From: Candidatus Latescibacterota bacterium
GTDB lineage: Bacteria > Krumholzibacteriota > Krumholzibacteriia > WVZY01 > JAKEHA01
Reading direction: 5' to 3'
Assembly: GCA_963707635.1 (NCBI GenBank)
Contig: OY970173.1
Coordinates: 672,001 to 736,000, forward strand
DNA: 64,000 bases
The translations under genes and the position numbers were made by a program. Below are positions 1 to 9,875 of the stretch, piece by piece. The notes below the pieces were generated by a model. The model was not told where the DNA came from, did not search any database, and saw only the letters and a list, made by a program, of their open reading frames with translations. Within the stretch, counting starts at the first letter, position 1; every line of letters begins with the position of its first letter.

Positions 1-1470
1 ACGCTCCGCGACGGTGGCGCGATTCACCTTTCCGCGCGACGTGCGCGGGATCTCGTCGATGACGTACCAGCGCTGCGGGACCTGGTGGCGCGCGAGGTGC
101 CGGTTCACCCAGCGGTGCAGATCGAGGAGCGTGGCATCCCCGGAGGGGTTGAGGACCACGGCCACGCCGACGTCTTCTCCAAGCAGCGGATCGGGGAACG
201 CAAACGCGCACACGTCCATGACGGCGGGAAAACGCTCGACGACCGCGTCGATGTCAGCCGGATAGACCTTCATCCCACCCTTGTTGATCTCGTCGCGTTC
301 ACGCCCGCGCAGAAACAGCCAGCCGCGATCGTCGATCACGCCGATGTCGCCGGTGGAGAACCAGCCCGCGCTGACCACCTGCATGGTGAGGTCGGGACGA
401 TCGAGGTAGCCGCGCATCAGGGCGGGCGTGCACACCCATACGTGGCCCGATTCGCCGGGCGCGCAGCTGGATCCCGCGTCGAGCGGTGCGGCGGAATCGC
501 GCGACTTGAGCACCCGAAGCACGCCGCCCCACGCGACGCCGACCAGCCCGTCCTGGGGAGTAAACGCGCCCACCGTGGTCCCGGCGAGCCAGCTGGCCGT
601 CTCGGTGATGCCGTACGCGTTCAGTACGGTTGTCTTGCTCCACGCCTGAATGTCGCTCCACAGCGCGGCGGACAGCGGCGCGGACCCGACGAACACGCGC
701 TGGAGCGATTGGCCGTGCGGCGGTTTGGCGACGCGAAGCGCCAGGCGCCACAGGGCGGGCACCGACGATAGAAACGTGATTTCGTGCTCGTCGATGATCG
801 AGCCGAGTTGCGACGTGATGTCGGGGCGAAACGGCGGCATGATGAAAAGGTCGCACCCCGAGAGCCAGGGAAAAAGACTGTTGCAGATGAGCCCGTGACC
901 GAAGTGCGTCGGGAGCAGGCACAGCGTGCGCCGGTAGGCGTCCAGGCCGAGGTGCGCGCGGAGATTGGTCCATTGCGCGCGCAGCGACCCGTGGGTGTGG
1001 ACCACGCCCTTGGGTTGTCCCGTCGTCCCGGACGTGAAGAGAATCAACGCGTCGTCCTCCGGGTTGGGCGCGCGCCGGGGAGCGGTCGCCGGTGAGGACG
1101 TGCCCGGAGGCTGAGCGGCATCGATCACCTGCACGTCGAGCGCCGCCAACGCGCGCGCGAGCCCGGTGTCCGGGTCTCCCAGCCACGCGGAGACCTTCGG
1201 CCGGCTCCATTCCGCGAGGGTTTCGATCTCGAACGCGGTGAAACGAGGGTCGATCGGCACGGCGCACGCGCCGAGTCTCCACAGGGCGAGCAGCTCGGCG
1301 AAGAACTCGTTGCAGTTGCCGAAATGGACGAAGACGCGATCTCCGTCGGAGAGTCCGAGCGCCGCGTAGGCGCGGACGCGGGCCTCGACCTGGCCGGCGA
1401 CTTCGGCAGACGCCCACCGCCGGCCGGTGAGGGGTTCGATCAGACGGCCCGGGTCAAATCCAAGTGGCAT
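1..1470 (-). CDS. AMP-binding (adenylate-forming) acyl-CoA ligase, truncated at window edge
   Basis: Manual translation from ATG at 1470 (MPLGFDPGRL...) gives LILFTSGTTGQPKGV and YGITE motifs; no stop seen before position 1, so absent from the ORF track. Confidence 0.9.
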   Translation of the reverse strand, partial: MPLGFDPGRLIEPLTGRRWASAEVAGQVEARVRAYAALGLSDGDRVFVHFGNCNEFFAELLALWRLGACAVPIDPRFTAFEIETLAEWSRPKVSAWLGDPDTGLARALAALDVQVIDAAQPPGTSSPATAPRRAPNPEDDALILFTSGTTGQPKGVVHTHGSLRAQWTNLRAHLGLDAYRRTLCLLPTHFGHGLICNSLFPWLSGCDLFIMPPFRPDITSQLGSIIDEHEITFLSSVPALWRLALRVAKPPHGQSLQRVFVGSAPLSAALWSDIQAWSKTTVLNAYGITETASWLAGTTVGAFTPQDGLVGVAWGGVLRVLKSRDSAAPLDAGSSCAPGESGHVWVCTPALMRGYLDRPDLTMQVVSAGWFSTGDIGVIDDRGWLFLRGRERDEINKGGMKVYPADIDAVVERFPAVMDVCAFAFPDPLLGEDVGVAVVLNPSGDATLLDLHRWVNRHLARHQVPQRWYVIDEIPRTSRGKVNRATVAER

Positions 1471-1631
1471 AGCGTTTTCACTCTACTGGATTCTCCGGGG
1501 GATGACACGGACTAGGAGAATTAAAAGATTGATTTGTCCGATACTGCCAACTATGCTCCTTCTGTCGATGGCGGTGCCCGGCGGCGGCCTCCGTGGCCGG
1601 CCCGGACCCGGACGATGGGAGGTGCGTGTTC

Positions 1632-2024
1632 ATGTCTATCGGACGTGCTCGGTTTGCGGCGCTGCTCGCATGCGTCGTCTCGCTGTCCGCGTGCGGCGGG
1701 TCCGATATTCAATCGCCCGCGAACGACACCATCGCATCGTCGGTTTCCGGCACGGTCGTGTCGGACGGAACCGGGAACGGCGTGGCGGATGTCGGCGTTC
1801 TCCTGGAACAATGCGAGCCGGGGATGATGCTGCAGCGCCAGTGGCGCCACGCGCAGTCGACGCGGACCGGCGCGGACGGCCAATTCCACTTCGAGTACAT
1901 GCACGAGACCATGCACCGTTATCGAGTGGCCATAGACGGGATGCCGGGGCCACAGGGGCAGTGCTACGTGGGTACGGGCGCGGAAACCGGCGTCGTCCTG
2001 CGCATGACGTCGCCGAATCCGTAG
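1632..2024 (+). CDS. Small lipoprotein with carboxypeptidase-regulatory/prealbumin-like beta domain
   Basis: GGAGG RBS; lipobox LSA-C; VSGTV...TGADGQFHF pattern. Confidence 0.65.
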   Translation: MSIGRARFAALLACVVSLSACGGSDIQSPANDTIASSVSGTVVSDGTGNGVADVGVLLEQCEPGMMLQRQWRHAQSTRTGADGQFHFEYMHETMHRYRVAIDGMPGPQGQCYVGTGAETGVVLRMTSPNP

Positions 2025-2044
2025 CGCGTCCGTGACCCCGGGTA

Positions 2045-2084
2045 GCAAGGAGGGCCCGCCTCACGACGGAGACGGGCCCTTTGC
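2045..2084. terminator. Hairpin between convergent genes, likely bidirectional terminator
   Basis: AGGGCCCG...CGGGCCCT inverted repeat. Confidence 0.6.
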
Positions 2085-2104
2085 GTTTCGGTCAAGTGCC
2101 GTGA

Positions 2105-3913
2105 CTAGAACGCCGGATTTTCCGGCAGCGTGTACGTCCGCCCCTGATTCTGCTGCTGCAGATACGCCGTCAGCGGCTCGAAGTAGCGGAGCATCGGTTG
2201 CGCGGATAGATCCGCCCCGGTGGCCTCGCGCGTCAGCTCGCGCCAGTCGCGGGTCCCGCCGGCGGAGAGAATCGGCTTGAGAAACGTCCCCACTTCCTTG
2301 CTTCCGTAATAGTTGGTCGCGTGCGGGTCCTGGTGCAGGATGTTGCGCGCGATGTGGTCGTGCAGCTGCATGAGCAGCACGTACGAAATCGCGTAGTCGT
2401 AGTACTGCGCCGCGTCGTCGTTGATGTGCGTCTTGGTAGCCGCGTCGCAGTACTCCTCGCCCCGCGGCGACGGGGGCACGATGCCCTGGTACTTCTGCAC
2501 CAGCTCCCACCACTTCGCGTTGTACTGGTCCTTCGGCAGATTCTCGGCGTAGAGGGAGTATTCGAACTCGGTCATCACGCCGGCCGACCACGGGAGGAAG
2601 ATGATGTAATTGAGCGACTCCTTGAGCAGCGTCTGGATCTGATCGGTCTGCTGGCCCTCCGGGAAGAGACCGATGCCTTCGATGAAGGGCTGCTGCATCG
2701 CCGCCAGTCCCATCATGCTCCCGATCCCCTCGTGGAAGGCGCGGTTGGCGCCGCGGCGCAGCAGGATCGGCACCTCGGGCGTCGAGTAGCTCATGTAGTA
2801 GTAGATGTGCCCGAGCTCGTGGTGCGTGGTCTCGTACCAGTCGGCGTTGGGAATGACGCTCATGAGGCTGCGAACGTCCTTGTCGAGATCGAAGTGCCAT
2901 GCGGAGGCGTGGTTGTTCTTCTTGTAGTTCGCGCCTTCGGGCACCGGATACAGATCCGACTTGTCCCAGAACGTCTGCGGCAGCGAATCGAATCCAAGGC
3001 TCACGTAGAAGCTCTCGGCCTGCTTGACCAGCCACTCGGGCTGCTTCTCCTTGAGCTTCGAATCGAGGTCCAGCCCGGCAACCGTGACCAGCGGCGACCA
3101 ATCCTGGCCCCAGCGGTTCGGGAGCCAGTGCGCCGGGATCATGTCGGGGACTTCCTTCTGGCCGTAGCGCCTGGCCAGCTCGTAGCGCGTCCACGTGTGC
3201 AGCTCGCGATACAGCGGCCAGATATCGCGCAGGATCGTCCTCATCTGGTCGCGCAGTTCCGCGCTGGTCATCCCGTAGTCGGACACCTGGTAGTCGAAAT
3301 AGTCCTTGTAGCCGAGCGCCTGCACGGTCTGGTTGCGCAGCGTCTGCATCTCGACCAGGCCGTCCTTGAGGTTCTTGCCGACCTCCTTGCTCTCCTCCCA
3401 CGCGGCGAGGCGCTTGTCGAGGTCGATGTCGCCGCGCAGCAGCTCGTCGATGTCGTTCGTGCTGACCGACTTCCCGTCGAGCTTGAAGTCGAATCCGTAG
3501 AGCTTCTCAACTTGCTCCGTCTCGACCCGGATGCGCCGCTTGACGATGTCGGCGACCGTCTGCGGATTGCTCCCGGCCTCGTAGAGGATGAGCTCGAGCT
3601 GGCGCACGAGCAGCGGTGAGAGCTTGTCGCGCTTCTCGAGGAACTTCCGCGCGGTCGCGATATTCTCGGCGTTGCCGGTGAAGACCGCGTAGGCCTCTTT
3701 GGCGGCCTTCGAGCGGTGGGCGTTGGTGGTGTCGCCTTCGACGATATGCGTGTTCGACGCCCACTCGGCCTCGCTGACTTCGAGGGAGAGCTTCTGCACT
3801 TCCCGGGTATAGGTGTCGACATACGCCTGCGCTTCCTTCTCGGGGTTCTTGGCGCACGAAGCGAGCAGCGCGGTGGCCGTGAGCAGCACGACGGCCGTTG
3901 GTATCTTCCTCAT
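2105..3913 (-). CDS. M2 family metallopeptidase (ACE-like peptidyl-dipeptidase), lipoprotein
   Basis: HHELGH zinc motif, GANRAFHEGIG third-ligand motif, HASAW; lipobox LAS-C; true start MRKIPT at 3913. Confidence 0.92.
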   Translation of the reverse strand: MRKIPTAVVLLTATALLASCAKNPEKEAQAYVDTYTREVQKLSLEVSEAEWASNTHIVEGDTTNAHRSKAAKEAYAVFTGNAENIATARKFLEKRDKLSPLLVRQLELILYEAGSNPQTVADIVKRRIRVETEQVEKLYGFDFKLDGKSVSTNDIDELLRGDIDLDKRLAAWEESKEVGKNLKDGLVEMQTLRNQTVQALGYKDYFDYQVSDYGMTSAELRDQMRTILRDIWPLYRELHTWTRYELARRYGQKEVPDMIPAHWLPNRWGQDWSPLVTVAGLDLDSKLKEKQPEWLVKQAESFYVSLGFDSLPQTFWDKSDLYPVPEGANYKKNNHASAWHFDLDKDVRSLMSVIPNADWYETTHHELGHIYYYMSYSTPEVPILLRRGANRAFHEGIGSMMGLAAMQQPFIEGIGLFPEGQQTDQIQTLLKESLNYIIFLPWSAGVMTEFEYSLYAENLPKDQYNAKWWELVQKYQGIVPPSPRGEEYCDAATKTHINDDAAQYYDYAISYVLLMQLHDHIARNILHQDPHATNYYGSKEVGTFLKPILSAGGTRDWRELTREATGADLSAQPMLRYFEPLTAYLQQQNQGRTYTLPENPAF

Positions 3914-4054
3914 CTTATCCTCCTGGCTGGGAATCGATGCAAACGAGACGCTCGCGGGGTGGGACCCGGGCGGGCAATCCGGACATGGTACCCGATTGCG
4001 CCCCCAAGTCAAGGGGCGGAGGCACGCGCGCGACTTTGCTATAATGACGCCCCT

Positions 4055-5032
4055 ATGACGCCCGACGCGCGCATGCTCACCAACGACAACGGGTCGCTCA
4101 AGCCGGTGACGACTTTCTCTACGCCGAAACTCGAGTTCGAGTTTCCCGGGCTGGAGGTCGGGGTGGCGGAATTCGCGGAAGGCCCCACCGGGTGCACGGT
4201 GTTTCACTTCCCGCGCGGGGCCATCGGCGTGGCCGACGTTCGCGGCGGGGCGCCCGGCACGGTGCTTTCCCACCGCGAAGGGTGGGTCGACGCGATCTGC
4301 TTCGCGGGCGGGTCGGTCTACGGGCTGGAAGCCGCGAGCGGCGTCAACGCCGAGCTGCTTGCGCGCAAGGGCTACGACACCAACTGGAACAACATCGCCA
4401 TCGTCTCCGGCGCGGTGATCTTCGACTTCAACCGCTTTCGCGCCCACAAGTCGGTATATCCCGACAAGACCCTCGGCCGGGCCGCCCTGAGCGCAGCCGC
4501 GGCGGGCGCATTCCCGCTCGGCGCTCGCGGCGCCGGCGTCTGCGCCACGGTGGGCAAGTGGCTTCGGGATCCGTACCAGCTGGAGCGCTCGGGGCAGGGA
4601 GCCGCGATTTACGCGTCGGGCGCGGTGCGCATCGCTGCGTTCGCGGTGGTCAACGCGGTGGGGGCGCTGGTGGACCGGAGCGGGCGCGCGGTGCGCGGGC
4701 ACCTCGACCCCGGCACGGGCAGACGCGTCCGCGTCGGCGAGGTGGTGTCGATCCGGCGCGACGCCGAGCCGATGCCCGAACCACCGCCGGGGAACACGAC
4801 GCTCTCGCTCATCGTCACCAACCAGGCCATGGGCCTGCGCGAGCTGAATCAGATGGCGCGGCAGGTCCACAGCTCGATGGCCCGTGCCATCGATCCGTTC
4901 CACACCATGTACGACGGCGACGTGCTGTACTGCGCGACGACCAACGCAATCGACCCGGCGCCGCTCGCGTACAACGAGGTCAGCTACATCGCGTCGGAGC
5001 TGGCCTGGGACGCGGTGTTGTCGTGCTTCTAA
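4055..5032 (+). CDS. DmpA/P1-family Ntn hydrolase, NylC (6-aminohexanoate-oligomer endohydrolase)-like
   Basis: GPTGCTV, DVRGGAPGT, GGSVYGLEAA, YPDKTLGRAAL, GNTT autocleavage site, PFHTMYDGD. Confidence 0.85.
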   Translation: MTPDARMLTNDNGSLKPVTTFSTPKLEFEFPGLEVGVAEFAEGPTGCTVFHFPRGAIGVADVRGGAPGTVLSHREGWVDAICFAGGSVYGLEAASGVNAELLARKGYDTNWNNIAIVSGAVIFDFNRFRAHKSVYPDKTLGRAALSAAAAGAFPLGARGAGVCATVGKWLRDPYQLERSGQGAAIYASGAVRIAAFAVVNAVGALVDRSGRAVRGHLDPGTGRRVRVGEVVSIRRDAEPMPEPPPGNTTLSLIVTNQAMGLRELNQMARQVHSSMARAIDPFHTMYDGDVLYCATTNAIDPAPLAYNEVSYIASELAWDAVLSCF

Positions 5033-5156
5033 TGGGCGGACGGGGGATGGAGTGTGCTCCCTCGGGCGCCAATCCGCAGTCGCGCATTTCAACCGATTGG
5101 CGCGGGAGGACGGCGGCAGAGGGAGCACGCTCCATCCCCGAAGGCTAGACAGCATC

Positions 5157-5735
5157 ATGGCACCTAGGAAACGCTGCACCTGGGCCGGCACGACCGACCC
5201 GCTCATGATCGCCTACCACGACGAGGAGTGGGGCGTTCCGCTGCACGATGACCGGAGGCTCTTCGAGTTCCTGGTCCTCGAGGGCGCGCAAGCCGGCCTC
5301 TCCTGGCGGACCATTTTACACAAGCGCGAAAACTACCGGCGCGCGTTCCACCGGTTCGACCCCGCGAAGGTGGCGCGCTACGGCGCCCGGGACGTTAATC
5401 GGCTGCTCGCGGATGCGGGAATCGTCCGCAATCGTCTCAAGATCGAGTCCACCATCGACAATGCGCGCGCGTTCCTGAACGTATGCGAGGAATTCGGGAG
5501 CTTCGACGACTACATCTGGCGCTTCGTCGGCGGGAAGCCGATTCGCAACGCGTGGAAGACGACGCGCGACATCCCCGCGAAGACCCAAGAATCCGACACG
5601 ATGAGCAAGGACATGAAGCAGCGCGGATTCCGCTTCGTGGGCTCGACGATCTGTTACGCGCACATGCAGGCGACCGGCATGGTCAACGATCATACGGTGG
5701 ACTGTTTTCGGTACCGGAGCGTCGCACCGCGGTAA
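5157..5735 (+). CDS. tag: DNA-3-methyladenine glycosylase I
   Basis: RCTW...YHDEEWG, LEGAQAGLSW, GMVNDHTVDC motifs. Confidence 0.95.
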   Translation: MAPRKRCTWAGTTDPLMIAYHDEEWGVPLHDDRRLFEFLVLEGAQAGLSWRTILHKRENYRRAFHRFDPAKVARYGARDVNRLLADAGIVRNRLKIESTIDNARAFLNVCEEFGSFDDYIWRFVGGKPIRNAWKTTRDIPAKTQESDTMSKDMKQRGFRFVGSTICYAHMQATGMVNDHTVDCFRYRSVAPR

Positions 5736-5740
5736 CGACA

Positions 5741-5835
5741 GCGGGTCCTGTCGCCGACAGCCCGGTGCGGCTCGCTTCGTCCGCGCCTACGCACTAGACT
5801 CGCTCGCCGCCCGGGCGCCCGTCGGCGCCACCCGC
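5741..5835. repeat. REP/MITE-like palindromic element, copy 1
   Basis: 24 nt GCGGGTCCTGTCGCCGACAGCCCG identical to 47081-47104; imperfect complementary right arm. Confidence 0.6.
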
Positions 5836-5856
5836 GCTGGCAATGAAGTAACCCAC

Positions 5857-5885
5857 TTGCAGCCTTCCGGGTCCGTCGCTATACT
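5857..5885 (+). promoter_or_regulatory. Sigma70 promoter, near-leaderless
   Basis: TTGCAG-N17-TATACT, 9 nt before ATG 5895. Confidence 0.6.
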
Positions 5886-5894
5886 GGCCCCGCC

Positions 5895-6365
5895 ATGCCC
5901 GCCTATACCGTCGAGGTCAAGAAGGTCACCGAGCAGCACGTCGTCAGCATCCGCACCCAGTGTCATGTCGCCGAACTCGGCGCGATTCTCTCGGAGATCC
6001 TGCCCGAAGTGTGGCGCTACATTCGCAAGAACGGGGTCGCTCCCAGCGGGCCCCCGTTCACGCGCTACCACGGGTTCGAAAACGATCGCGTCGACATCGA
6101 GGGTGGCCTTCCGGTTCCGAAGGCGCTTCCGAGCGAAGGTCGCATCAACGCCGGCGTGCTGCCGGGAGGCGAAGTGGCGTCCACCGTCCACCTGGGTCCG
6201 TACGACAAGCTTCCGGACGCGCACGACGCGCTGCACGTGTGGCTCGAGAAGAATCGCAAGGACTCTGCGGGTCCGCAGTGGGAGATGTACCTGACCGACC
6301 CGGGCCTCGAGCCGGACCCGAACAAGTGGAAGACGGAGCTCATGTGGCCGATCAAGTCGGCGTGA
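5895..6365 (+). CDS. GyrI-like small-molecule-binding domain protein
   Basis: GPPFTRYH, HLGPYDKL, WEMYLTDP motifs. Confidence 0.85.
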   Translation: MPAYTVEVKKVTEQHVVSIRTQCHVAELGAILSEILPEVWRYIRKNGVAPSGPPFTRYHGFENDRVDIEGGLPVPKALPSEGRINAGVLPGGEVASTVHLGPYDKLPDAHDALHVWLEKNRKDSAGPQWEMYLTDPGLEPDPNKWKTELMWPIKSA

Positions 6366-6424
6366 GTTCTCGTCCCGCCCGGTACGCCCTCCGCGCCGCG
6401 CGCGCATCTATTCCGCACGATCTC

Positions 6425-7594
6425 ATGAAGAAGAACATCAACACGATCATGCTCCTCGGCGCCGGCGAACTGGGGAAGGAAGTCGTCATCGCCGCCAAAC
6501 GCCTCGGCAAGACGGTGGTGGCGGTCGACCGCTACCCCGGGGCGCCCGCCATGCAGGTCGCGGACGCCTGCGACGTGATCAACATGCTCGACGCGGGTGA
6601 GCTCGAGGCGGTGGTGAAGAAGCACCGACCCGACATGATCGTCCCCGAGATCGAGGCGATTCGCACCGATAAGCTCAAAGACTTCGAGCGCGACGGGGTA
6701 ATCGTGATCCCCACCGCCGAGGCGGTGTACCTGACCATGAACCGCATCGCGATCCGCGAGGTGGCGGCGAAGGAACTGGGACTTCGCACTGCGAAGTACG
6801 CGTATGCGGCCTCGCTCGACGAGCTGCGAGCGGCCGCGCAGCACACCGGGATTCCGTGCATGGTGAAACCCGTGATGTCGTCGTCGGGGAAAGGGCAATC
6901 GATGGTGAAGATGCCCGAAGAGCTCGGCCGCGCGTGGGATTACGCGTGCAGCAACATGCGGGGCGACGAGAAGAAGGTGATCATCGAAGAGTATATCCGC
7001 TTCCACCTCGAGATCACGCTGCTCACGGTCCGCCAGTGGGACGGATCCACGCTCTTCGTGGATCCGGTGGGGCACCGCCAGGAGCGGGGCGACTACATGG
7101 AGTCGTGGATTCCGGCGGCGCTCACGGTGGAGCAGCTGCGCGAGGCCCAGCACATGGCGAGAAAGGTCACGGACCGCCTCGGCGGGGCGGGCATCTTCGG
7201 GGTGGAGTTCTTCATCACCGCCAAGGAAGTGATCTTTTCCGAGTTGTCGCCGCGGCCGCACGACACCGGGATGGTGACGATGATCTCGCAGGACCTCTCC
7301 GAGTTCGACCTGCACGTGCGCGCAATCCTCGGACTCCCGATTCCGACCATCAACTACTACGGTCCCTCGGCGTCGGCGGTGATCCTGGCCGACCGCGAGT
7401 CGCCGCGCGTGGCGGGCTACGACGGCCTCGACCGGGCGCTCGCCCTGACGGACACGCAGGTGCGGATTTTCGGCAAGCCGGACACACGCAAGTTCCGCCG
7501 CATGGGGGTGGCACTCGCTCGCGCACAGTCGACCGACGCGGCGCGCGCGCGGGCGAAACAAGCCGCCGATTGCGTGACCATCCGCTACGAATAG
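6425..7594 (+). CDS. purT: Formate-dependent phosphoribosylglycinamide formyltransferase
   Basis: MLLGAGELGKE, KPVMSSSGKGQS, SPRPHDTGMVT, RRMGVALA. Confidence 0.95.
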   Translation: MKKNINTIMLLGAGELGKEVVIAAKRLGKTVVAVDRYPGAPAMQVADACDVINMLDAGELEAVVKKHRPDMIVPEIEAIRTDKLKDFERDGVIVIPTAEAVYLTMNRIAIREVAAKELGLRTAKYAYAASLDELRAAAQHTGIPCMVKPVMSSSGKGQSMVKMPEELGRAWDYACSNMRGDEKKVIIEEYIRFHLEITLLTVRQWDGSTLFVDPVGHRQERGDYMESWIPAALTVEQLREAQHMARKVTDRLGGAGIFGVEFFITAKEVIFSELSPRPHDTGMVTMISQDLSEFDLHVRAILGLPIPTINYYGPSASAVILADRESPRVAGYDGLDRALALTDTQVRIFGKPDTRKFRRMGVALARAQSTDAARARAKQAADCVTIRYE

Positions 7595-7603
7595 CCCTCC
7601 GCG

Positions 7604-8359
7604 ATGAAATTCACCTGGATCGGTGGCCCGTCGTTTCTGCTCGAGCTGGGGCCGTTTCGAATCGTCGGCGACCCGGTGCTCTCGGACACGTTCGAGCTGG
7701 ACGGCGTGGCTGTGACGCGCCTGGGGTCCCGCCCCGACGTCGACATCACCGGCGCGGACCTGGTTCTGGTGACGTCGCTGCGCGTGGACCACTTCGACGC
7801 GGTGGCGGTTGCGGGGTGCGGCGCCACGCGCGTGCTCCTGCCCGGCGGCGGCGTGGAAGCGGCGCTGCGCGCTGGGATCGAAGGCGCGCGCGATCTTGCC
7901 CACGGGGAGTCGATGCAGATCGAACGGGACGGTTCGGCGCTCGTCGTTCACTCGGTTGCCGCGGGGCCGCCAGCGGGCGCGGCCACGGACAACGGGTACT
8001 TCCTCGCGCTGGAGCGCGGGGAGCGTCCGTTCACCGCGTATGTGAGCGGCGATACCATGTTCTCCGACGCGACGCGCGAGATCCAGCGCACGCACGGATA
8101 CTCGAATCTGCTGGTGCTGTACGTCGGCGCCGAGCGTACCGGCGGGCGCCTGCTCAGCGCCGATGCGAAGGAAGCGATGCAGATCGTCTACCGGATGCAG
8201 CCCAACGCGATCGCGGCCGTGCACCACTCGACGTTTTCGCACTACACGGAGCCAATCGCTCCGTTCCTGGAGAAGATATCGCTCACCATCTACGAGAAAC
8301 GTCTGCGCCGACTCCGCGAAGGCGAAAGTTTCGAGAAGGCGATCGCGCCGGGAGAATGA
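7604..8359 (+). CDS. Metallo-beta-lactamase-fold protein (UlaG-like) with degenerate metal motif
   Basis: DPVLS, SLRVDHFD in place of HxHxDH, SGDT, VHHSTF. Confidence 0.7.
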   Translation: MKFTWIGGPSFLLELGPFRIVGDPVLSDTFELDGVAVTRLGSRPDVDITGADLVLVTSLRVDHFDAVAVAGCGATRVLLPGGGVEAALRAGIEGARDLAHGESMQIERDGSALVVHSVAAGPPAGAATDNGYFLALERGERPFTAYVSGDTMFSDATREIQRTHGYSNLLVLYVGAERTGGRLLSADAKEAMQIVYRMQPNAIAAVHHSTFSHYTEPIAPFLEKISLTIYEKRLRRLREGESFEKAIAPGE

Positions 8360-8372
8360 CGGTCCCGTTCCA

Positions 8373-9875
8373 CTACCACCGAAACGCCGCCTGGCCCGTT
8401 TGCCGGGCGAGGGTCCGAAACACCACACGCGCCTCTTCGGCGCCGAGATAGCGGACCCCGATTCGCTGCCGTCCGCCGCCCGCGGTATCGGCGGCGACCG
8501 ACGCCATGCGCCAGCGTCGATCGAACGGGCTTTGGTTGCTCCGAATCGCCTGCACTTTGGCGAAGCGGGCCATGCACAGGTGCTGCCACAGCCACCCCGC
8601 GCGCGTGGCCACGCGGTCGGCGGCCAGCGCGTACCCGAGTCCGCGCGTGCGTTTCCGGGCGGCGAACCACGTGCCGACGATCAGCAGCGGAAGCAGCGCG
8701 AGCGCAATTCCCGGAAGAACCAACGCGATGGGCAGCAGGAGTCCAAACCCGATTCGAAGCGACTTGCGCCACAGCCGCTGCTGCGCGCGCGGATCGACCG
8801 GGTGCCACGCGAGCGACGCCGTCGGCGCTCCCGGCATTGCGATCGCGAGCAGGCCGTCGACTCGCTCGCGTCGCAGCGCGGGGGCGAGCCACTGGCGGCT
8901 CACGCTGGCGCCCTTCTCGCCGCCGGCCGTTTCCACCCGTACTTCGACACGGCCGAGCAATCGCTGGAGCGGGGCCTGTTTCACGGTCAAGAGTTGGATG
9001 CGGTTCAATGGAATGGTGCCGTTCACGCGGGTAAACAGGCCGCACGAGGTGCGCAACTCGTCGCCGGCGACCGTCAACGTGAAACGGTAGAGCGTAACGA
9101 TCGCCCACCCGATCGACAGCACGCGCAGAGCGATGAACGACCCGAGGAAGACTCCCGCCGCGATCCCGAATTGAACGGCCCCCGGGTCGCTCAGCAGGCG
9201 GCCTTCCGCCCACAGCGCGTTCACGATCCGGCGGGTCGCCGCCGTCGGTGTGGTGATGCCGGTGTTGAATACGTTCATCTCCCACAACGCACCGATGGCG
9301 GTGCCGATCACAATCCCGCCGCGGTTGTGCGCCAGCCCAAATGCCACCAGATCGGAGAGTCCGAGCTTGACCAGGACTCTCGATCCGGCATCGTCGGCGT
9401 CGTCGACGCCGGGCGAGGGGGCAGCGGGCCTCGCAATCGCTCCGCGGCTGTTTCGCTCGAACACCCATTGCTGCATTTCCCGCGCGGCCTCGAGCGAGAG
9501 CACGCGCAGCCTCGCCTCCTGCTCGCTTCCGCCCGCGGTCTCGACGCGAACCTCCGCCACGTGGAGCACGCGGTGCAGCGGCCCCTGCACCACCTCGATG
9601 TTGTGGATGCGAGCGTAGGGAATATGGCGTTCGTTGCGGGACCAGAGCCCGGTGCGAACGATCAGATCGTCGTCGGCGAACGAGTACCAGGTAGTAAAAT
9701 ACCGGAAGATGGCGAAGAAACTGATCGGGATCGACAGCCACAGCGCCAGGATGTCCCACGTTCCGCGCGACGACGCGAACAGAAGAAAGATGGCTGGCAG
9801 CACGAACGCCCTGAGCGAGCCGCCGGCCATGAATAGAAACGACCAGCGGTGGAGTCGACGGTTAGACGGCGTCAT
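8373..9875 (-). CDS. bPH_2 domain membrane protein (YdbT-like)
   Basis: Three repeats of IP..RI...QGPL.R..G...V.VETAGG with TM segments. Confidence 0.85.
   Translation of the reverse strand: MTPSNRRLHRWSFLFMAGGSLRAFVLPAIFLLFASSRGTWDILALWLSIPISFFAIFRYFTTWYSFADDDLIVRTGLWSRNERHIPYARIHNIEVVQGPLHRVLHVAEVRVETAGGSEQEARLRVLSLEAAREMQQWVFERNSRGAIARPAAPSPGVDDADDAGSRVLVKLGLSDLVAFGLAHNRGGIVIGTAIGALWEMNVFNTGITTPTAATRRIVNALWAEGRLLSDPGAVQFGIAAGVFLGSFIALRVLSIGWAIVTLYRFTLTVAGDELRTSCGLFTRVNGTIPLNRIQLLTVKQAPLQRLLGRVEVRVETAGGEKGASVSRQWLAPALRRERVDGLLAIAMPGAPTASLAWHPVDPRAQQRLWRKSLRIGFGLLLPIALVLPGIALALLPLLIVGTWFAARKRTRGLGYALAADRVATRAGWLWQHLCMARFAKVQAIRSNQSPFDRRWRMASVAADTAGGGRQRIGVRYLGAEEARVVFRTLARQTGQAAFRW

Noticed and set aside
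3914..5206. N-terminal extension of the 1033-aa ORF 2105..5206
   Set aside because: Antisense shadow of the NylC-like gene; the real start is at 3913 with RBS and lipoprotein signal
5733..5835. Integron attC site
   Set aside because: No RYYYAAC/GTTRRRY core pair and no integrase in the window
6065..8428. Long antisense/alternate-frame ORFs (also 25960..28029, 59746..61449 and others)
   Set aside because: High-GC shadow ORFs overlapping well-supported genes, with Arg/Pro/Ala-rich non-protein-like composition
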